Part shown: positions 59,205-64,000 of the stretch, in pieces
Numbering within the stretch: position 1 is the first letter of the stretch
Layout of the letters: the number at the start of each line of letters is the position of its first letter
DNA from: a virus
Reading direction: 5' to 3' (one strand)
Length of the DNA stretch: 64,000 nt
Virus record (IMG/VR): IMGVR_UViG_3300034121_001409
Span: 11,195 to 75,194 of that record
Notes under the pieces: model-generated
What the model was told of the DNA's origin: nothing
What the model saw: the letters and a program-made list of their open reading frames with translations, nothing else
Databases searched by the model: none
Translations under genes and position numbers: made by a program

Positions 59205-59378
59205 CGCCTATTAACGCACTCTGACGTTTTAGAGTGAGAGTAAATCGAAGGGTATTCTGCGTAGTCCAAGTAGGATGAGTTAAAAATGGATGGTGGTTGC
59301 CTGAATGGTATCAGGTCATAAAATCCTTAAAGAATATCAAAAACTGACAGCATGGAAAGACAGCCCTCTTTGGAGGAT
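59205..59378 (+). ncRNA. Candidate structured non-coding RNA
   Basis: Nested stems CACTCT/AGAGTG, GGTATTCT/AGAATATC, AGGAT/ATCCT, CCTGA/TCAGG and CCTC/GAGG in a 200-nt intergenic gap. Confidence 0.45.
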
Positions 59379-59402
59379 TATTAAAAAAGTAAATTATAAA
59401 TT

Positions 59403-60275
59403 ATGAAAACAATGTTCAACTTATGGCTTACCGGAAGCATCATCCTTATGATTGTAACTCTTATCGCATTCACCCTTCTGATTATCTCAACATGGGGAGG
59501 AAAGAAGAAAAGAAAGATGACAACATTTGAAGAAAAAATCCGGAGCCAATATAACTTAGGAAAAATGTACAGGGAGATGGCAGAGCAGAACAAGAAGCCT
59601 GTATTTGAATTTGAAGAATTAAATCACAATTTAAAAAGTAATCACATGGAAAACACAACAAAAGTAACACAGGAAATGGCAGACAGAGTTTTTGCCTCAA
59701 GTTTAGGTCAGCAATTATTATCTGTATTCTCAACCTCAGACGGCAGATTCTTTGTGCGTCATTCAGAAGCATACAAACACGCATACGGAGAATTGGATGA
59801 AAACACTCAGCCACTTGAAGATAAAAGAATTATAGAATGGTTCGAATCTGAAGAGCCGGAGAGCAAGATACCTGCAACTCGTTATGATATACTCAGGTAT
59901 AAAGTAATTGATGAGTATCCAAATAGTCCTATAAAAAAAGAGGAAGTTCTGCAACAAATAAATGAACCGGATTCTTTCAATAACCATATTTTTAAATCAA
60001 ACAAAAGTGATATACTTGTAACATTTCCGGAAAATTATCCACATCTTTTCAGGTTAATGGAATGGCATGAAGAAAGAATAACCTTGCCTCAGTTCATTAA
60101 GAGAGTTGATAATGGCAACACTAAAAAAGTAATTGAAGTGGAGCATTGGGAAAACTCTGTTGATTTATTCTACACACCGAAAGGAGCATCTTTTGAAGTA
60201 GCTATTGATACATCCATGTTTCCAGCAACAGAAGAAGAGTACAAGAACTTTATTGCATCACAGGATAAATTTTAA
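59403..60275 (+). CDS. Hypothetical protein with N-terminal TM segment (possibly composite)
   Basis: 290-aa ORF. Confidence 0.6.
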   Translation: MKTMFNLWLTGSIILMIVTLIAFTLLIISTWGGKKKRKMTTFEEKIRSQYNLGKMYREMAEQNKKPVFEFEELNHNLKSNHMENTTKVTQEMADRVFASSLGQQLLSVFSTSDGRFFVRHSEAYKHAYGELDENTQPLEDKRIIEWFESEEPESKIPATRYDILRYKVIDEYPNSPIKKEEVLQQINEPDSFNNHIFKSNKSDILVTFPENYPHLFRLMEWHEERITLPQFIKRVDNGNTKKVIEVEHWENSVDLFYTPKGASFEVAIDTSMFPATEEEYKNFIASQDKF

Positions 60276-60368
60276 TTCCATGAGCAAGATGATGGGATTC
60301 TACAAGAACCCATTCCTCCTGTTCGAAAAGAAGGGAGTATTCCCGATTGATACAACTAAATAACAACA

Positions 60369-60644
60369 ATGGAAGACGATAAAATCATACACACAGACAG
60401 GCTGAAGCCTACACAATACCTGCATTACTATTCGCCTACCGTAATAAGCCCTTCGTTTATTGCGATATTAGCAAACAAACTCAATCAGCATCCAAACAGC
60501 ACAGCTCTAATAATGTGTGGTGAGAGTATTCATGCAGAAATAGTGGTAAACAAATTTCTTGTATATGGTTTATACCTTAATGCAAGAATCAAAACCTATC
60601 AGGATGAATCCGGCTCTTGGGTAGTATACTGCTACAATGGATAA
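60369..60644 (+). CDS. Hypothetical protein
   Basis: A-rich leader. Confidence 0.55.
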   Translation: MEDDKIIHTDRLKPTQYLHYYSPTVISPSFIAILANKLNQHPNSTALIMCGESIHAEIVVNKFLVYGLYLNARIKTYQDESGSWVVYCYNG

Positions 60645-60671
60645 TTTTATTAAAGATAAAAAATAAACAAA

Positions 60672-60986
60672 ATGCAAAGACAAAAATCATTCGTATTCGA
60701 CCCACTTCATACTCAGAATAAAATCAAGGATGGAGGAAGAACAATAACTGTCAAGACGGTTGTTGAACCAAAGATAAGAGTATACCACTCAGGTAAGATA
60801 TTTGAGTGCGATATTATACTTCCGGATTTTCCTATGTATGGAGCCATGAGAGACAACTATAAAGATATTATCAGATACGCCAAGAAGCAGAAGCACGTAT
60901 TGGAACCAAAGCATGGTATAATTAATATCACATTAGAAGTAAGTGAAGTTCTTACTATGGTTGGAAGCATTTTTAATCAAGGATAA
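60672..60986 (+). CDS. Hypothetical protein
   Basis: Last plus-strand gene; 3' overlap with a convergent gene. Confidence 0.55.
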   Translation: MQRQKSFVFDPLHTQNKIKDGGRTITVKTVVEPKIRVYHSGKIFECDIILPDFPMYGAMRDNYKDIIRYAKKQKHVLEPKHGIINITLEVSEVLTMVGSIFNQG

Positions 60987-61284
60987 ACAGCCGGACACAA
61001 TTGATGACATTGTGTATCCTATCGTTCTTATCTACAACTCCATTAATGAAATACCAAACTTCTGCCTTCTTGCCAAGATGACTCTTGGTGAGAAGGTTTA
61101 TTTTATCTCTCGTTAACTGCATCCTGACGATGTTATTCTTAGCGTCTCCGAGACCATCTAAAGCGATATTAAACTCCCTGACATCATAACCTGCTCTTAC
61201 TTGGAAGACATCACCCACCTGACAGATGACTCCGGTTTCTATTTTACCTTTGAATGTTAACTTGGCTTCTGAAATTGCGGTCAT
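60973..61284 (-). CDS. DUF3127-like (OB-fold, putative ssDNA-binding) protein
   Basis: REF.I...QL..DK..LL...G....V.Y.ING...HN.INC.R pattern. Confidence 0.55.
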   Translation of the reverse strand: MTAISEAKLTFKGKIETGVICQVGDVFQVRAGYDVREFNIALDGLGDAKNNIVRMQLTRDKINLLTKSHLGKKAEVWYFINGVVDKNDRIHNVINCVRLFILD

Positions 61285-61288
61285 GTTC

Positions 61289-61534
61289 TTAATCTTTAAT
61301 TTTGTATCTCTTCACTCGGATATACCGATGTGTGACAAAGTTACTATTTAAAAATCGAACTTTCCACCTCTCCCCTACATAGGTAAGCCCCTTTTGTCCT
61401 GTAAAGTATCCGAAGTGTTTATCAAACTTAATCAGCTCAACCTCTCCCTCCGGCTGCAGACACTCCTGCCAATCAAGAAAGACAGTCATGACTACATTTG
61501 GTATGAGTTTATATTTTACTCCTCTTTTACCCAT
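61289..61534 (-). CDS. Hypothetical protein
   Basis: Overlapping operon. Confidence 0.6.
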   Translation of the reverse strand: MGKRGVKYKLIPNVVMTVFLDWQECLQPEGEVELIKFDKHFGYFTGQKGLTYVGERWKVRFLNSNFVTHRYIRVKRYKIKD

Positions 61535-61844
61535 TGGATTGTAGATGTTTCATTTCCTTTTGAAGTGAGTTGTTCCATTTCCTTAAAGCATTCTTTTCAT
61601 TTATGGCATAAACATACGCCATATAAGCCTCTAATTTAATCTTTTTCTTGGAGACAGGCAAACCATCAATCAAATGTATTTCTGCCTCCACAGGAGCCTC
61701 CCTGATAGAATTATCACGTATATCAATTGCGTACACTTTCTCACCTTTATGCAGAAGTTTACTGAATAGAACCTGAGTCTGTTTTTTTGCCTGAGTCAGC
61801 CTTAATTCTTCTTGGCTCTGTGATTCTTTACTTAGCTCTTTCAT
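61527..61844 (-). CDS. Hypothetical protein
   Basis: Overlapping operon. Confidence 0.6.
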   Translation of the reverse strand: MKELSKESQSQEELRLTQAKKQTQVLFSKLLHKGEKVYAIDIRDNSIREAPVEAEIHLIDGLPVSKKKIKLEAYMAYVYAINEKNALRKWNNSLQKEMKHLQSNG

Positions 61845-62187
61845 GTGCCTGTTTTAATGATACCTGTAAATCTAATAATGTTTGGTAAATAATATTCAGA
61901 TACGCCACATCCATATCCCTCTGATAAAAGAATCGCTGCTTACCCTTATCTCTTCTGACCTTTCTCCATACAGGATTCATTGTCCATATCCTTACATCCG
62001 GATTGATTCTCATCACCCTTCTGTGTTTTATCATGGTATCCAAAGTCTTCTGAGTTAATATCCTGACAGGTCTATTATCATGCGACATTAATTTATAAGC
62101 CACCTTGTCTGTGTGTAATCTTTTGTGCAGGATTATCCTTCCTCCGGAACGGATATAATCACTTGCCTGTTTCCATACTTGTGCCAT
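61828..62187 (-). CDS. Hypothetical basic protein
   Basis: Overlapping operon. Confidence 0.6.
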   Translation of the reverse strand: MAQVWKQASDYIRSGGRIILHKRLHTDKVAYKLMSHDNRPVRILTQKTLDTMIKHRRVMRINPDVRIWTMNPVWRKVRRDKGKQRFFYQRDMDVAYLNIIYQTLLDLQVSLKQAHERAK

Positions 62188-62190
62188 TAG

Positions 62191-62667
62191 TTATTTTTTA
62201 TAGTAATTTGATTTTAATTTCTCTTCCAATTCGAATACCCACTTCCACTCCGGCAGGTCTTTCAACGCTTGTCTTTTAAACTCCCAATTGTAATGCTCAG
62301 TGGTTGTCTTAAGTACAATATTTTCCTTCAGCCCTCTGAATCTTGGATACGCTCCCTTAGTCAGTATATGAGAAAACTGATGATAGAAAAAAGGATTATT
62401 CTTGTCCACAATAAGAGGCTTACCGGATACCTGTGATATATGGCTTCTCTCTTCCCATATCAGGTCAAATAATACCTTCTCTCCTTTAGCTTTATATGGA
62501 GGTGTTTTAATTCTATTTATTCCACTATTAGGAGTAGAAGATAAAATTCCACTTGCTTTCTGTGCGCAAGATTTACAGCAGCCACAGGAGAAAATATACT
62601 GCTCAATACCACAACCGAATCCGGTGTACTTTCCTCTGCCGGAGCATATCTTTTTTTTTCTTTCCAT
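62191..62667 (-). CDS. HNH/NinG-like nuclease with N-terminal Cys cluster
   Basis: SHILTKGAYPRFR...ENIVL...EH. Confidence 0.55.
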   Translation of the reverse strand: MERKKKICSGRGKYTGFGCGIEQYIFSCGCCKSCAQKASGILSSTPNSGINRIKTPPYKAKGEKVLFDLIWEERSHISQVSGKPLIVDKNNPFFYHQFSHILTKGAYPRFRGLKENIVLKTTTEHYNWEFKRQALKDLPEWKWVFELEEKLKSNYYKK

Positions 62668-62762
62668 AACTAATTATTACAGCAAGACTAATGCTGTGGT
62701 TAATATTCGCTTTCCGGATTCACTGTCCTGCTGTAATAAGACAGTTACCAGTAATAGTTTGC

Positions 62763-63128
62763 CTACGCACGGTTTAACTCAATAAATTCATAATCGGTCA
62801 AATCAGCATCTGCATCTAAACCCCTTATATCATACCCTTTTGGATTTTTTAAGTTGACAGTTACTCCAACATCTCCGAATCTCGAAACCATCCATACTCT
62901 TACTCTTGTTCCTGCTTTACAAATGTGTTTAGTTGTATTTTCTTCGACAGGGTGCGTGCCGTTCCAAACATTCATTTCTAAATCTTTGGTGGTTTTTGCG
63001 TAAATCTCAAACGAATACCAATCTTTCAAATGTTTCTGTTCATCACGCCATTTTTGAACACATTTCAAATCCCACAACTTAAAAAATGCTGGGTTTTCTT
63101 CTCTTGTAATTTGTTTTTCTTCTTCCAT
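62763..63128 (-). CDS. Cassette-borne hypothetical protein
   Basis: 121 aa; MVSRFGDVGVT motif. Confidence 0.7.
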   Translation of the reverse strand: MEEEKQITREENPAFFKLWDLKCVQKWRDEQKHLKDWYSFEIYAKTTKDLEMNVWNGTHPVEENTTKHICKAGTRVRVWMVSRFGDVGVTVNLKNPKGYDIRGLDADADLTDYEFIELNRA

Positions 63129-63234
63129 TTATATTTCTTTTTTAAAATTCCTACGCTAAACTACTACTGGTAACACAGTATTTGCGCCATTAAAACGAGC
63201 ACAAATACTCGTCCGTTATAAGTCAGTTTGTGAA

Positions 63235-63474
63235 TTATAAGCATCTTTTACATTTTCTGCATCTCATTCCGCCAGTCCGTAAACAATAGTATATTTTTTC
63301 ATGTTCACAAACCGAACTTATAACATCAGATTTATTCAATTTATTAATTTCAGTCCGCTGCAAAATTTCCATACCTTTCTTTGCTAATAAGTAAGGTTTA
63401 GTAGTTCGTGCCAACTGTACATTATTCATCTGATAATCCATTATTTCTTCAAATATTTTCTTTATTTCTTCCAT
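63235..63474 (-). CDS. Cassette-borne hypothetical protein with C-terminal Zn-ribbon-like CxH...CxxC
   Basis: VCEHEK...CRKC. Confidence 0.6.
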   Translation of the reverse strand: MEEIKKIFEEIMDYQMNNVQLARTTKPYLLAKKGMEILQRTEINKLNKSDVISSVCEHEKIYYCLRTGGMRCRKCKRCL

Positions 63475-63512
63475 GATATATAAATTAATAAACTAAATAA
63501 ATCTGTTAATCG

Positions 63513-63740
63513 TTATGCGAAAGGTGGTTTAGGGAACTCTTTCCAACAAATTACATTTGGATAGCAACTCCATCTAAATTGAAGAAATTTACCACTTGAG
63601 TAACTACCCTCTGCCATTCCTTGTTCTGTCCATATTAAAATGCTTCGACTGTCATTTGGTGGGTTATCTGAACTAAACCACCCATCGCATAACAGCACAT
63701 TGGCGTTATTGCTTTGTTCTTCGTTTGATACTTTTGTCAT
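63513..63740 (-). CDS. Cassette-borne DUF551-like protein
   Basis: W.S....P...IL.W...V.CWKEFPKPP pattern. Confidence 0.6.
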   Translation of the reverse strand: MTKVSNEEQSNNANVLLCDGWFSSDNPPNDSRSILIWTEQGMAEGSYSSGKFLQFRWSCYPNVICWKEFPKPPFA

Positions 63741-63800
63741 ATTATTAAATTTTGTTGTTTCTAATTAAATTCTGTGGCAACAACGCCAATCTGCAAAACG

Positions 63801-63983
63801 TTAGCGGTCATTGCTTTTTAACCACTCTTTAAAGCACCAAGCATCTTCATTATTAGTAATATTTCTATATTGTTTCCACTTATCATCAAGCAACGAACCG
63901 CTAACAGCACCTATGCGTAATTTTTTAACCTCGCTTAGTACTATATCCAAAGCCTCTATCAGTTTTTTAGGTTCGTGAATCAT
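63801..63983 (-). CDS. Cassette-borne hypothetical protein
   Basis: 60 aa; the stop codon is supplied by the GTTA box. Confidence 0.55.
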   Translation of the reverse strand: MIHEPKKLIEALDIVLSEVKKLRIGAVSGSLLDDKWKQYRNITNNEDAWCFKEWLKSNDR

Positions 63984-64000
63984 ATCTTCTCTTTTACCTA

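Larger units (their letters stand above)
62667..64000. repeat. Array of attC-like (TAAC...GTTA) palindromic sites and IR-bounded gene cassettes; continues past the window end
   Basis: Sites at 62667-62747, 63171-63218, 63321-63515, 63690-63803 and a partial one from 63902. Each intervening segment is bounded by a unique 17-21 bp inverted repeat. Confidence 0.75.

Noticed and set aside
59285-59345. tRNA gene (GCCTGAATGGT resembles a D-arm)
   Set aside because: No TTC(G/A)A T-loop or acceptor stem could be built.
62190-62670. HNH-like gene as a fifth cassette (bounded by GTTAT...ATAAC)
   Set aside because: Only about 5 bp of end complementarity and no hairpin site to its left; it is more likely the array boundary.
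1-64000. Stop-codon reassignment as seen in some crAss-like phages
   Set aside because: Long genes are intact in code 11, and TAA, TAG and TGA all end genes at tight junctions.
62667-64000. CRISPR array, or shufflon with identical recombination sites
   Set aside because: There are no identical direct repeats; only TAAC/GTTA and secondary structure recur, and each inverted-repeat pair is unique.

Overview
This window is a 64-kb internal segment of a tailed dsDNA phage genome. It is podovirus-like, with a head-tail gene order resembling crAss-like and Flavobacterium/Cellulophaga podoviruses. The host is probably a Bacteroidota species, judging from recurrent TAnnTTTG promoter boxes, A-rich ribosome-binding regions without SD sequences and a DUF3127-like gene. 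The standard genetic code is used. Minus strand 1-43.6 kb carries the virion module: tail fibres, a holin-like gene, a GT25 glycosyltransferase, a 4423-aa polyvalent protein that is probably injected, two further cargo-like proteins, tail muzzle and ring proteins, major capsid protein, scaffold, portal and large terminase. It also carries a chaperonin locus (GroES, GroEL and a three-domain GroES-like fusion), a replication initiator and an XRE regulator. Plus strand 43.7-51.3 kb carries a tyrosine recombinase, DnaB, YqaJ exonuclease, a PolB-type 3'-5' exonuclease, a RuvC-like resolvase and DnaG. A ~1-kb non-coding control or terminus-like region (52.7-53.7 kb) precedes an early-type cluster of small genes containing a hammerhead ribozyme and other structured RNAs. 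The most striking unexplained structure is at 62.67-64 kb: a tandem array of integron-attC-like units (TAAC-inverted repeat-GTTA) alternating with small gene cassettes, each bounded by its own 17-21 bp inverted repeat, with no recognisable IntI in the window. All protein assignments come from motif recognition and synteny by eye; no searches or counts were run.
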